The notes beneath the pieces are model-generated. The model was not told where the DNA came from, did not search any database, and saw only the letters and a program-made list of their open reading frames with translations. The translations under genes and the position numbers were made by a program. From Phycisphaerae bacterium (GTDB taxonomy: Bacteria; Planctomycetota; Phycisphaerae; Sedimentisphaerales; UBA12454), in the NCBI GenBank assembly GCA_026386845.1, contig JAPLMW010000028.1, forward strand, positions 2,729 to 66,728: DNA of 64,000 bases. Direction: 5' to 3'. Of this stretch, positions 1 through 12,026 are shown in pieces; within the stretch, counting starts at the first letter, position 1, and each line of letters starts with the position of its first letter.

Positions 1-296
1 GCGATTGCCTGAATTTCTTTGCAGGTCTGTTCTATTTTATCGCAAACCTGTTTTAATGTTTTTTTATCTTTTTTCCCAGGCATATCCCATTCGACATCAA
101 CAGCTTCAATTTTTATCGGCAATTTTGATTTCGCAATGGCTTTTCTTTCGCCAAGCAGCAGGGCAGGGGGTTTAAGGAATTGATAAATAATAACACTTTT
201 TCCCCAGCCTGCTGCACGGAGCGCAAGACCCAAGGCGGCGGTTGTTTTGCCTTTGCCGCTGCCTGTATAAATCTGGACTAATCCTTTTTCTGCCAT
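1..296 (-). CDS. cobO: cob(I)alamin / cob(I)yrinic acid a,c-diamide adenosyltransferase (CobO/BtuR family), C-terminus outside window
   Basis: Own translation of the minus strand from the ATG (complement of 294-296) gives MAEKGLVQIYTGSGKGKTTAALGLALRAAGWGKSVIIYQFLK... The P-loop GSGKGKTTAA and the N-terminus are typical of CobO/BtuR. It is absent from the ORF track because it runs off the window. Confidence 0.75.
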   Translation of the reverse strand, partial: MAEKGLVQIYTGSGKGKTTAALGLALRAAGWGKSVIIYQFLKPPALLLGERKAIAKSKLPIKIEAVDVEWDMPGKKDKKTLKQVCDKIEQTCKEIQAI

Positions 297-481
297 AGCA
301 ATATGATAGAAGGGCAAATGCAAAAAGGCAAAAGGAAAAGAAGCGATGCGGGATTCCGTCATTTTTATGTTTTAACGGCTCAAAGATTCTCCGATTTTTT
401 GCTTTATATGCTTACAAAAACGTCTATAATTCCGACAAAATTGTGAATGTGCCAAATTTGTAGCTTTTCAGGGAGGATAAG

Positions 482-3400
482 ATGCCAAGAAGAAACGATG
501 TAAAGAAGGTAATGATAATAGGTTCCGGGCCGATTATAATCGGCCAGGCCTGTGAATTCGACTATTCCGGCACACAAGCCTGCAAGGCCCTGCGCAAGCT
601 GGGCTATCAAATCGTTCTTGCCAATTCCAACCCCGCCACAATTATGACCGACCCCGGTATGGCGGATATTACATATATCGAACCATTGACGCTGGAGGCT
701 ATGACTGAAATTATCAAAAAGGAACGGCCTGACGGCCTTCTGCCAAATCTCGGCGGGCAAAGCGGTCTTAACCTTGTTTCCGAATTGAGCAAGGCGGGCG
801 TTCTGGAAAAATACGGCGTTAAAGTCATTGGCGTCAATGTTGACGCAATAGAACGCGGCGAAGACAGAATCGCATTCAAAAATACGATGAACAAACTCGG
901 CATCGATATGCCCAAAAGCGACCCTGCCTATACCGTTGAAGAGGCGGAAAAGGTGGCAGAAAAACTTGGTTATCCGGTGGTTATCCGGCCGGCATATACA
1001 ATGGGCGGAACCGGCGGCGGATTAGTCTATAACATCGAAGAACTTCGCGTTATAGCAAGCAGGGGCATATCGGCAAGTCTTGTAGGGCAAATCCTGATTG
1101 AAGAGTCTGTATTGGGCTGGGAAGAGCTTGAACTGGAAGTCGTCCGTGACGCGAAAAACCAAATGATTACAGTCTGCTTTATCGAAAATGTCGATGCGAT
1201 GGGCGTTCATACCGGCGATTCATATTGCACCGCTCCTATGCTGACAATCGACCCGAAACTGCAGAAAAAATTGCAAAAATATTCTTATGATATTGTCGAG
1301 GCAATTCAGGTTATCGGCGGGACAAATATCCAGTTCGCACACGACCCGAAGACCGGCAGGGTAGTAGTTATCGAGATTAATCCGCGAACCAGCCGGTCAA
1401 GCGCCCTTGCCTCAAAGGCTACCGGCTTTCCAATCGCACTTGTCTCGGCAATGCTCGCAGGAGGCCTGACGCTTGATGAGATTCCTTACTGGAGAGATGG
1501 GACACTCGAAAAATACACGCCAGATTTTAATAAAAAATCGCTGCCGGAATTGATGGATATGCTAAGCGAACCGACAAGCGAACGGCAATTTATAATGTAT
1601 GAAGCCCTGCGAAAAGGCGCTGATATTGATGAACTTTTCAAAAAGACGTATATCAAGACGCACTTCCTGAAACAAATGAAAGAGCTGGTCGAGCTTGAAG
1701 AACAGATTCTGAAATACAAAGGCAAACAGTTGCCGGATAAGCTTTTGACGCAGGCCAAGAAGGACGGTTTTGCAGATAAGTATCTCGCTCAAATTCTCGG
1801 CGTTAAGGAAGAGCAAATCAGAAAACAGAGAACGGCTCTTGGCGTTGTCGAAGGCTGGCATGCTGTGCCGGTCAGCGGAGTCGAAAACGCGGCGTATTAT
1901 TATTCGAGCTATAACGCTCCCGATACAGTTGGCGTGAGCGATAAAAAGAAAATAATGGTCCTTGGCGGCGGACCGAACAGAATCGGACAGGGTATCGAAT
2001 TCGATTATTGCTGTGTTCACGCGGCCTTTGCCCTTCGCGATTTAGGCTACGAAACCATAATGGTAAACTGCAATCCTGAAACTGTCTCGACTGATTATGA
2101 TACTTCCGATAAATTGTATTTCGAGCCTTTGACAGTCGAAGATGTTCTAAGCATTTATCAAAAAGAAAAACCAGTCGGTGTAATCTGCCAGTTCGGCGGA
2201 CAGACGCCGCTTAATCTTGCTGCGGAGCTTGAAAGAGCGGGCGTAAGAATCATCGGCACATCGGTTGAGTCTATCGACCTTGCGGAAGACCGCGACAGAT
2301 TCCGGAAGAAAATGGAAAGCCTCGGTATTCCGATGCCGGCATCCGGTATGGCAAGCACATTTGAAGAGGCAGCAAAAGTTGCGGCCAAGATTGGGTATCC
2401 GCTGATGGTTCGGCCATCTTACGTTCTCGGCGGACGCGGTATGGAAGTCGTTTACGATGTCGAAATGCTGAAGCGATATGTTGACGCCGCCGTTGGCGTA
2501 ACACCTGAAAGACCAATATTGATTGACAAGTTCCTTGAAAATGCACTTGAATGCGAAGCTGACGCTCTTGCTGACGGCACGGACGCATTTGTACCTGCTG
2601 TGATGGAGCATATCGAACTTGCGGGAATACACAGCGGCGATTCGGCCTGCGTTATTCCGCCAATAAGTATCCCGCAGAAACATCTCGATACAATTTACGA
2701 ATACACGCGAAAAATCGCGATAAAACTTAATGTCGTCGGTCTTATGAATATGCAGTATGCAATCGCCGAAGACAAAGTTTATGTTCTTGAGGCAAATCCG
2801 AGGGCATCTCGAACCGTGCCGTTAGTCTCAAAAGTCTGCGGAATACAAATGGCAAGACTTGCTACGCAATTAATGCTCGGCAAAAAAATCGTCGAGCTGA
2901 AACTGAAACCAAAAAAGTTCCCGCACTTCGGCGTAAAAGAATCAGTGTTTCCATTTAATATGTTCCCTGAAGTTGACCCGATTTTAGGGCCTGAGATGCG
3001 CTCAACCGGCGAAGTTTTGGGTATGGCTGATTCTTTCGGTCTTGCGTTTTATAAGGCTGAGGATGCCGCAAAGCAAACTTTGCCATCAAAAGGGACAGTC
3101 CTGATTACCGTAAATAACGCTGATAAGGATGCGGTTGTTGATGTCGCAAAAAGGTTTGTGAAATTAGGCTTTAAAATTCTCGCAACCAACAGCACCTGCA
3201 AACATCTCAAAAATAACGGCGTCAAGGTTGAGTCGATTTACAAAATGCAGGAAGGCAGGCCGAATATTATGGATGCCATAAAGAACGGCGAAATCCAGCT
3301 TTTGATAAACACGCCGGCGGGCAAGACAAGCCAATATGACGATTCCTATATCCGCAAGGCTGCGATAAAACACAAGATTCCTTACATAACAACCATTGCT

Positions 3401-3493
3401 GCCGCGACCGCAAGCGCAAAAGGCATTGAGGCAGTCCAGAAAGGCAAAGGCAAAATCAAATCGCTGCAGGAATACCACGCGGAGATTGAATAG
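482..3493 (+). CDS. carB: carbamoyl-phosphate synthase large subunit (shortened form, see findings)
   Basis: 1003-aa ORF with two ATP-grasp halves (IIGSGPIIIGQACEFDYSGTQA... and VLGGGPNRIGQGIEFDYCCVH...). It carries EINPRTSRSSALASKATG and EANPRASRTVPLVSK motifs and an MGS-like C-terminal domain. An RBS (cagggaggataag) precedes the ATG. Confidence 0.93.
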   Translation: MPRRNDVKKVMIIGSGPIIIGQACEFDYSGTQACKALRKLGYQIVLANSNPATIMTDPGMADITYIEPLTLEAMTEIIKKERPDGLLPNLGGQSGLNLVSELSKAGVLEKYGVKVIGVNVDAIERGEDRIAFKNTMNKLGIDMPKSDPAYTVEEAEKVAEKLGYPVVIRPAYTMGGTGGGLVYNIEELRVIASRGISASLVGQILIEESVLGWEELELEVVRDAKNQMITVCFIENVDAMGVHTGDSYCTAPMLTIDPKLQKKLQKYSYDIVEAIQVIGGTNIQFAHDPKTGRVVVIEINPRTSRSSALASKATGFPIALVSAMLAGGLTLDEIPYWRDGTLEKYTPDFNKKSLPELMDMLSEPTSERQFIMYEALRKGADIDELFKKTYIKTHFLKQMKELVELEEQILKYKGKQLPDKLLTQAKKDGFADKYLAQILGVKEEQIRKQRTALGVVEGWHAVPVSGVENAAYYYSSYNAPDTVGVSDKKKIMVLGGGPNRIGQGIEFDYCCVHAAFALRDLGYETIMVNCNPETVSTDYDTSDKLYFEPLTVEDVLSIYQKEKPVGVICQFGGQTPLNLAAELERAGVRIIGTSVESIDLAEDRDRFRKKMESLGIPMPASGMASTFEEAAKVAAKIGYPLMVRPSYVLGGRGMEVVYDVEMLKRYVDAAVGVTPERPILIDKFLENALECEADALADGTDAFVPAVMEHIELAGIHSGDSACVIPPISIPQKHLDTIYEYTRKIAIKLNVVGLMNMQYAIAEDKVYVLEANPRASRTVPLVSKVCGIQMARLATQLMLGKKIVELKLKPKKFPHFGVKESVFPFNMFPEVDPILGPEMRSTGEVLGMADSFGLAFYKAEDAAKQTLPSKGTVLITVNNADKDAVVDVAKRFVKLGFKILATNSTCKHLKNNGVKVESIYKMQEGRPNIMDAIKNGEIQLLINTPAGKTSQYDDSYIRKAAIKHKIPYITTIAAATASAKGIEAVQKGKGKIKSLQEYHAEIE

Positions 3494-3827
3494 TCGTTTT
3501 GGTTATGCCGTCTGCAGCCATAAAAAAATGAATAAAAATTTGTTGAAATCGCAAAAACACTTTATATACTTATCCTCTTCTCATAGAAACACAGACCCCA
3601 AAATTCCCCCGGAAATCTACGGCAGGATGTGTGAAAATGAGCAGGAAAATATGAGCATAACATATTGATTATAAAAGGGTTAAGGATTTGTTCGTATATG
3701 CAAGAAAGGAGGCGACGAGCCAGTAGTACTGATAGGAAAATTAAAAACGTTAGTTTTTAAGTTTTATAGAAAAATTTAGAAGTAGAAACAAAGTTAAAAA
3801 AAACAGTTTTATTAAGGAGATTAAAAA

Positions 3828-4130
3828 ATGAAAAAGTTGATTGTATTGGCTCTCATTGCGGTGATGATAGCAATTGTTTCTGTTAATTTGGTAAAAGCTA
3901 AAGATTGTAATGCACCTGACCCTAATGCACCTCAAGACCCCAATGCACTGAAAGCCAATATTAGCTGGTTTGCACAGGCCGAAGAGCCGAATACAGCTGA
4001 ACCTAATGCACCCCAAGACCCTAATGCGCCTAAAACCGAGATTAGCTGGTTCGCACAGGCTGAAGAGCCAAATACGGCTGAACCTAATGTGCCCCAGGAA
4101 CCTAATGCACCAGCACCTAAAATAATTTAA
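3828..4130 (+). CDS. small secreted repeat protein (signal peptide + (D/E)PNAP / ISWFAQAEEPNTAEPNAP repeats)
   Basis: N-terminus MKKLIVLALIAVMIAIVSVNLVKA looks like a signal peptide. AGGAG RBS (ttaaggagattaaaaaATG). The 27-aa repeat is conserved at protein level despite synonymous DNA differences. A rho-independent terminator follows. Confidence 0.7.
   Translation: MKKLIVLALIAVMIAIVSVNLVKAKDCNAPDPNAPQDPNALKANISWFAQAEEPNTAEPNAPQDPNAPKTEISWFAQAEEPNTAEPNVPQEPNAPAPKII
3930..4118 (+). repeat. 81-nt tandem repeat, about 2.3 copies, inside the small secreted protein gene
   Basis: Repeat units start at 3930, 4011 and 4092 (cctcaagaccccaatgca... / ccccaagaccctaatgcg... / ccccaggaacctaatgca...). Differences are mostly at third codon positions. 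Confidence 0.85.
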
Positions 4131-4143
4131 TTTAATGATATAA

Positions 4144-4178
4144 AGCCCCAATACGAAATTTGTACTGGGGCTTTTTGT
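4144..4178 (+). terminator. rho-independent terminator
   Basis: Stem AGCCCCA (4144-4150) pairs with TGGGGCT (4166-4172), followed by a TTTTTG run, immediately after the stop at 4130. Confidence 0.75.
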
Positions 4179-4438
4179 TTGCGCTATTTTACAACATTTG
4201 TCTCATCCGCGGGGTTTTATTATAATAAGTTGTTCCGTCTGAATCCATTATTAGATAAAATCTTCATCATTATGCAATATTTTGCCTGATTGAAACGTCT
4301 ATAAATATATAATTAATATGTTTTTTATGAAAGAAAGGAAGTGATGAAACGGCAGTAACATATTTATTTGTCAGATGTTATAATAGAATGTTGTAGAAAT
4401 AAAGTTGAAAAGGGTAATTTAAATTAGGAGTTTTAAAA

Positions 4439-4873
4439 ATGAAAAAATTGATTGTATTAATCCTTACGGCTGCGATGGTTGAATTTTTGTTTGTTGGTGT
4501 ATCTAAAGCCCAGGAGCCTAACGCGCCCAAGCATGAGCCTAATGCACCCAGATTTGACCCAAATATGTTCAGGGGCAGGGTCGTTGTGGTTAAAGATGCA
4601 AATGGCATTATCACGGCGGTAAAATTAGAAAACAGAAGACGCGGGACATTCAATATTGTCCTTGATGAAAAAGGCAAAGAGCTTGGCGAGAAAATGGTGG
4701 ATAAGTTTGTAGAAATCACCGGCACGGAAACAACCAAGGATAACGAAAAATGGCTGACTGTTGAAAAGTACACCGAAATGCAACGACCAGGTCCTCGCGG
4801 CCCAGGCGATCCCAATAGACATGGACCAGGTGGTCCTCCGCGAGGTGGTCCGGGCGGCGAAGGCGGGCGGTAA
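4439..4873 (+). CDS. small secreted protein, paralogous N-terminus (MKKLIVL..., EPNAP repeats) with a Gly/Pro-rich C-terminal tail
   Basis: Signal-like MKKLIVLILTAAMVEFLFVGVSKA, then QEPNAPKHEPNAPRFDPN, ending RPGPRGPGDPNRHGPGGPPRGGPGGEGGR. RBS aggag. The upstream leader resembles that of the 3828 gene. Confidence 0.7.
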   Translation: MKKLIVLILTAAMVEFLFVGVSKAQEPNAPKHEPNAPRFDPNMFRGRVVVVKDANGIITAVKLENRRRGTFNIVLDEKGKELGEKMVDKFVEITGTETTKDNEKWLTVEKYTEMQRPGPRGPGDPNRHGPGGPPRGGPGGEGGR

Positions 4874-4906
4874 GTCAACTTCGTAGATTTACAAAGAGCT
4901 GAAATT

Positions 4907-4935
4907 ACCGGCGGATTAAGTCCGCCGGTTTTTTA
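4907..4935. terminator. bidirectional hairpin terminator between convergent genes
   Basis: ACCGGCGGA-ttaag-TCCGCCGGT followed by TTTTTT. It lies between the 4439-4873 gene (+) and budA (-). Confidence 0.75.
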
Positions 4936-5691
4936 TTTCTCAACTTTTTGAAGGTCTTTCGACTTGTCTTTCGATAAATCTATATTTTTCAACGAATCAT
5001 CTTCCGGCAGGATGAGCAAAAACTTACTGCACTTGTCTATTCTGCATTTACCTGTTTCCAATTCAAAATCAAGAATATGACCGCCGAATGTAAAATTGCC
5101 GCTTAAAAAATGGAAATGACAGCCGGTAACATTTAAACCTTTCGCAAAAGCCGGCGTTCTAAAGCCGACAATAGTTCCTCTTACATCATTCATTTCAAAA
5201 ACAGGTTGAGTTTTGGCGACCTCGGCCAAAGGCGGATAGGGTTTTTGCTGGGCAGGGACGCTTCGGACCTTAATATGTTTAAATGTTCCTGAAATCTCGA
5301 CGGCTAAAAAAATATTCTGATTCGAGACTTTCTTATTAATAATCGACTCAGCAGTTTTGAAATCCGCAGACTGTATGGGAAATTGCTCATCAGGCTGGAA
5401 ATTACAGACTGTTGCGAAAGGGGTTTTGGTACTTAACGCAGGGCGGTAAACCTTGCCATCGGACTTAATTTGATATATTTTGCCTTGCAGGATAGTCATT
5501 TCTCCGTCGAGCTTGTCGAAAGTGCCGATACCCAAATTGCCATAAGCCAATAATTGCTGACAGGTCATTTGCCCGTCATAAGTTCCGGCCAGCAAGGCAT
5601 CAATGGTTGACGTCTGGGTAATTTGGTTCTTTGCCGCAGGCAAACAGCCGCTGCAAAATACTAATACAAAAACAAACAATATCTTTTTCAT
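4933..5691 (-). CDS. budA: alpha-acetolactate decarboxylase with lipoprotein-type signal peptide
   Basis: IDALLAGTYDGQMTCQQLLAYGNLGIGTFDKLDGEMTILQGKIYQ matches the conserved AlsD/BudA N-terminal core. The N-terminus MKKILFVFVLVFCSGC has a lipobox-like FCSGC. Confidence 0.8.
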   Translation of the reverse strand: MKKILFVFVLVFCSGCLPAAKNQITQTSTIDALLAGTYDGQMTCQQLLAYGNLGIGTFDKLDGEMTILQGKIYQIKSDGKVYRPALSTKTPFATVCNFQPDEQFPIQSADFKTAESIINKKVSNQNIFLAVEISGTFKHIKVRSVPAQQKPYPPLAEVAKTQPVFEMNDVRGTIVGFRTPAFAKGLNVTGCHFHFLSGNFTFGGHILDFELETGKCRIDKCSKFLLILPEDDSLKNIDLSKDKSKDLQKVEK

Positions 5692-5796
5692 TTTTACTCC
5701 ACAAGAATAAGATATTAGAATATAATCAGTTCCATAAAATCTTCAATCTTAAATTCAATTGTTGTAGTGGCTGTAGGGAACTTTTAAAATTAAGGT

Positions 5797-6306
5797 ATGA
5801 TTTATTTTTGGTTAATTCTGCTGTTAATAGTAAATGCCTTTTGGCTGGGACTGGTATTTTTTTCTTTGCCGGGCAGCTGGCTGATGATTATTACAACAAT
5901 TCTCTTTGCCTTATGGCAAAAAAATATCTTTAGTGTTTATACCATTATAGCAGCAATAATTTTAGCACTTGTCGGTGAGATTCTCGAATTTTTAGCAGGT
6001 GCGGGTGGGGCAAAGGCAGCCGGCGGCGGTAAAAAAGCTATGGCGGCAGCGGTAGTCGGCGCAATAATCGGTGCTATCATTGGTACAATAATAATTCCTA
6101 TTCCAATTTTTGGTACTCTGATTGGTTCTGCTCTCGGAGCAGCAATAGCGGCTTTAATTGTCGAAAGAAAAGCCGGAAAAGAGATGAAACAGTCGCTCAA
6201 GATTGCGACAGGGGCGGGGTTGGGACGGTTTGCGGGGTTAGGCGCGAAAATTATCGCGGGGGTCATTATCTGGCTGATTTTTACAGCAGCGGCATTTATA
6301 AATTGA
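5797..6306 (+). CDS. DUF456-family inner-membrane protein
   Basis: Polytopic Gly/Ala/Ile-rich protein with the EILEFLAGAGGAKAAGGGKK segment characteristic of DUF456, from memory of the family. Confidence 0.55.
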   Translation: MIYFWLILLLIVNAFWLGLVFFSLPGSWLMIITTILFALWQKNIFSVYTIIAAIILALVGEILEFLAGAGGAKAAGGGKKAMAAAVVGAIIGAIIGTIIIPIPIFGTLIGSALGAAIAALIVERKAGKEMKQSLKIATGAGLGRFAGLGAKIIAGVIIWLIFTAAAFIN

Positions 6307-6324
6307 ATTTGAGGAAATCTGATT

Positions 6325-6753
6325 TTAATCCATATTAGACAGGAGTTTTTCGAGAAGAGCGTTCTTTTCGACCTGATGGGAATACTGCTCAGAAACTTCA
6401 GAAACGCCTTTGAGTTTCTTTTTAGACCTTTCTATAAGGTACTCAATCTTCTCTTTTTTTGTGTCCCAACTGATAACGGCGTCGGCGGCTATTATATTTA
6501 CCATATTTGAATGAATCAGAGCAAATCCGCCGTCTATTAGAGCGAATTTTTTACGGTCGGTTTTTGTTTCTGTTTGGGCAGGCTCAATCGCCATTATGCC
6601 CAGGCCGAGTTCGCACAGCATCGGCATGTGATTGCTCATAACACCGACACTGCCGTCATGTGCGATAAAAGTTGCACAGATAGCCGAACAATCAAGCAAT
6701 TTGCCTGCCGGTGAAATAATTACACATCTGAATATATTCGGAGAGTCAGTCAT
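6325..6753 (-). CDS. atpC: F1 ATP synthase epsilon subunit
   Basis: 142 aa and last gene of the atp operon. The beta-sandwich N-terminus (VIISPAGKLLD...VGVMSNHMPML) fits the epsilon family. Confidence 0.85.
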   Translation of the reverse strand: MTDSPNIFRCVIISPAGKLLDCSAICATFIAHDGSVGVMSNHMPMLCELGLGIMAIEPAQTETKTDRKKFALIDGGFALIHSNMVNIIAADAVISWDTKKEKIEYLIERSKKKLKGVSEVSEQYSHQVEKNALLEKLLSNMD

Positions 6754-6760
6754 ATTTTTA

Positions 6761-9075
<2,315 letters not shown>

Positions 9076-9076
9076 A

Positions 9077-10594
9077 TCAGCTTATCAGTTTGTTTGCTTC
9101 TTTAAAGACTTTGATTTCATTGGCGATTTTGTCTGCAAGTTCTTCGGAAAATTTACTGGTTTTATTGATTTCGTCTATATATTCGCCCCGTTCGCTTTTT
9201 AATCTTTGGATAAACGCTTGTGTAAATTTAGCAACTTTTTTGACAGCAATATCATCGACAAAGCCGCCTAAGCCGATAAATATAGTTATTACTTGTTCTC
9301 CGACGCTGATTGGTGAAAATTGCGGCTGTTTGAGCAATTCAACCATTCGAGCGCCTCTATCGAGCTGTGCTTGGGCGGTTACATCAAGCTCTGTGCCGAG
9401 TCTGGCAAAATTAAGCAGTTCATTATAAGCCGCAAGATACAGTCTTAACTTGGACGACACTTTCTTCATAGCTTCAACCTGAGCGTCTCCGCCGACGCGG
9501 CTTACACTTGTGCCGACGTCGATAGCAGGCCTTATGCCGGACAGGAACAAGTCTCTTTTAAGATATATCTGACCGTCCGTAATCGAAATGACATTGGTCG
9601 GAATATACGCCGAGACCTGCTCTTCCAGAGTTTCGACTATCGGCAGGGCGGTTATTGAGCCGCCGCCGAGTTTTTCCGATAGTTTTGCGCTTCGTTCGAG
9701 CAAACGGCTGTGCAGATAGAAAATGTCGCCGGGATAGGCTTCTCTGCCGGGCGGACGACGCAAAAGCAAACTAAGCTGACGATACGCTACGGCGTGTTTG
9801 CCTAGGTCGTCATAAACGCATAATACGTCGCGATGATGTTCATACATAAAATATTCCGCCAAAGCACAGCCGGCATAAGGAGCGATATACTGCATCGCTG
9901 CGAAGTCGGCAGCCGAGGAGATAACAACAGTAGTATATTCCATTGCTCCATTTTTGCGAAGGGTTTCAATTACTTCGGCTACGGTTGATTCCTTTAGGCC
10001 TATTGCAACGTAAATGCAAAGAACGTTTTCGCTTCGCTGATTTATTATCGTATCGATGGCGATAGCGGTTTTGCCGGTCTTTCGGTCGCCTATTATCAGT
10101 TCTCGTTGGCCGCGGCCAATAGGTATCATAGAATCAATGCTCTTAATACCGGTTTGCAGAGGCTTTTTGACCGGCATACGTTGAGATATGCTGGGAGCGT
10201 CGCATTCGATAAATCGGGTCGAGGCGGTTCTAATCGACGGTCCGCCGTCCAATGCCTCACAGAGTGGATTTACCACTCTGCCGAGAAGTTCATAGCCGAC
10301 CGGAATAGACAACAACTGACCGGTCGAATGAACATCCGAACCTTCCTTAACCTTTACATAGTCGCCGTAAATTACAGCGCCGATGGAGTCTTCTTCAAGG
10401 TTAAACACTTCGCCTTTGACGCCGTTTTCGAACATCAGCATTTCGCCTGCCATGGCGTTTTGCAGGCCGTAAATTCTTGCTATGCCGTCGCCGACCTCTA
10501 CAACCCGTCCGACAGCCGAGATATCAAGTTTGTTTTTATATTGGCTGATTTCCTGTTTTAGAATACTGCTTATTTCGTTGACATCGAGTTTCAT
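9077..10594 (-). CDS. atpA: F1 ATP synthase alpha subunit
   Basis: Walker [16 protein letters not shown] and the [25 protein letters not shown] motif. Confidence 0.97.
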   Translation of the reverse strand: MKLDVNEISSILKQEISQYKNKLDISAVGRVVEVGDGIARIYGLQNAMAGEMLMFENGVKGEVFNLEEDSIGAVIYGDYVKVKEGSDVHSTGQLLSIPVGYELLGRVVNPLCEALDGGPSIRTASTRFIECDAPSISQRMPVKKPLQTGIKSIDSMIPIGRGQRELIIGDRKTGKTAIAIDTIINQRSENVLCIYVAIGLKESTVAEVIETLRKNGAMEYTTVVISSAADFAAMQYIAPYAGCALAEYFMYEHHRDVLCVYDDLGKHAVAYRQLSLLLRRPPGREAYPGDIFYLHSRLLERSAKLSEKLGGGSITALPIVETLEEQVSAYIPTNVISITDGQIYLKRDLFLSGIRPAIDVGTSVSRVGGDAQVEAMKKVSSKLRLYLAAYNELLNFARLGTELDVTAQAQLDRGARMVELLKQPQFSPISVGEQVITIFIGLGGFVDDIAVKKVAKFTQAFIQRLKSERGEYIDEINKTSKFSEELADKIANEIKVFKEANKLIS

Positions 10595-11169
10595 ATGCTT
10601 TTCCCTGAATTTCTGCCCCGAGCAATTATTGTATCAACCATGCTATGCAGTCTGATTCTAACGGAATTGTCAATCATTTTTCCTGCATACCTTATGATCG
10701 CTCCGCCTATTATGGCCGGCTCGACGTTGAATTCTAATGTAATTTTGTCTGTATTCAGAGCCGCCGACATCTCTGCCTTTACAGATTCTATTTCACTTGG
10801 GCTCAGGGCCTGCGCAACCGTCATCCAAATCTCACGGTGGCCGTTCTTCGCCTTGTAGAGCCTGATATATTTTTTGATTGCATAATACAAAGCGCCGGTT
10901 CGATTATGTGCTACCGCCGCCTGCAGAAAACCGAAAGTTAATTCATTAAATTTTCCGCCAAACAGTGTTTCTATCAACTGACTCTTTTGTTCTATGGAAA
11001 AGTACGGTGAGGTCATAACCATCATAAACGAACCTTCCAATAACATAAACCTTTCAAGTTCGTCCAGGTCGGATTTGACATCTTCGACGGCCTGCCGCTC
11101 AACGGCAAGCTCAAAGAGGACGCTGCTGTAAACTTCCCCTACGCAATAATTTATATCAGAGGCAATCAT
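10591..11169 (-). CDS. atpH: F1 ATP synthase delta (OSCP) subunit
   Basis: 192 aa. Its position between atpF and atpA and its OSCP-like C-terminus ([17 protein letters not shown]) support the call. Confidence 0.85.
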   Translation of the reverse strand: MIASDINYCVGEVYSSVLFELAVERQAVEDVKSDLDELERFMLLEGSFMMVMTSPYFSIEQKSQLIETLFGGKFNELTFGFLQAAVAHNRTGALYYAIKKYIRLYKAKNGHREIWMTVAQALSPSEIESVKAEMSAALNTDKITLEFNVEPAIIGGAIIRYAGKMIDNSVRIRLHSMVDTIIARGRNSGKSI

Positions 11170-11738
11170 TTGTTGAGACTTTCTTCCTGAAGTTTGCCGA
11201 TAGCTTCGTGAATGAGCCGCTTGTTATCTTCCGGTGTTATGGTACGTCCGATTACTTCATGACCGATAGCCAGCAGCATATTGCCGGCCATGTGCCATAA
11301 ATGCTGAGAAGCTACAATTTGCACATTGCTGATTTCAGATGTCGCTCTTTGTGTTATCGCCGCAGCCTCTTTGCCGGCCTGCTCGATGATTTCCTTTTTT
11401 GTCTGGGTAGCGTATCGGTTGGACTGCTCTATGATGTCTGAACCCTGCTTCTTGTACTCGTCCAACAGATGGTCGGCTCTGGCTTTGGCAGCTTCAGCAT
11501 CGGTAACCTGCTTTTTTATATGGTCTTCCCTGTCGGTAAGAACCTTTAGCATCGGTTTCCATGCCAGCTTGCTCAGGACAGCCAACAGCGCAGCAAAAGC
11601 GATTATTACCCACAGTGCGTCCGCCCATGCACCGTTGAAAATATTTTGTTGCTCTTCAGACGCCGCTTGTTCCGCCCCGAAAGCGATAGATACGACGGCA
11701 AAGAACAGCAGACTCGCCGTTATTGCTTTTTTGTTCAT
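11166..11738 (-). CDS. atpF: Fo ATP synthase subunit b
   Basis: One N-terminal TM segment followed by a long charged helix, located between atpE and atpH. Confidence 0.85.
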   Translation of the reverse strand: MNKKAITASLLFFAVVSIAFGAEQAASEEQQNIFNGAWADALWVIIAFAALLAVLSKLAWKPMLKVLTDREDHIKKQVTDAEAAKARADHLLDEYKKQGSDIIEQSNRYATQTKKEIIEQAGKEAAAITQRATSEISNVQIVASQHLWHMAGNMLLAIGHEVIGRTITPEDNKRLIHEAIGKLQEESLNK

Positions 11739-12002
11739 TTATTTCATCCAGAAAGCGATGAGGAAACAAATCAGCAGCGCAAACAGCGTTACGCCTTCGA
11801 TTAGAGCCGCGGCTATAATCATTGTCGAGAAAATACGTCCGCCGACTTCCGGCTGCCTTGCCAGCGATTCGAGAGCTTTACCTCCGATTGTGCCCACGCC
11901 TAAACCTGCGCCGAGGATAATTATTCCACAGCCGATGCCTGCGCCGAGAATCGCCAATCCGCCGCTTTCAGCCAGTGCTAATGTCATACCTGCTAAGTCC
12001 AT
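11739..12002 (-). CDS. atpE: Fo ATP synthase subunit c
   Basis: 87-aa two-helix proteolipid with loop ARQPE and the ion-binding Glu in AALIEGVTLFALL. Confidence 0.93.
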   Translation of the reverse strand: MDLAGMTLALAESGGLAILGAGIGCGIIILGAGLGVGTIGGKALESLARQPEVGGRIFSTMIIAAALIEGVTLFALLICFLIAFWMK

Positions 12003-12026
12003 AATAGTAATTCTCCAAAATAATTT

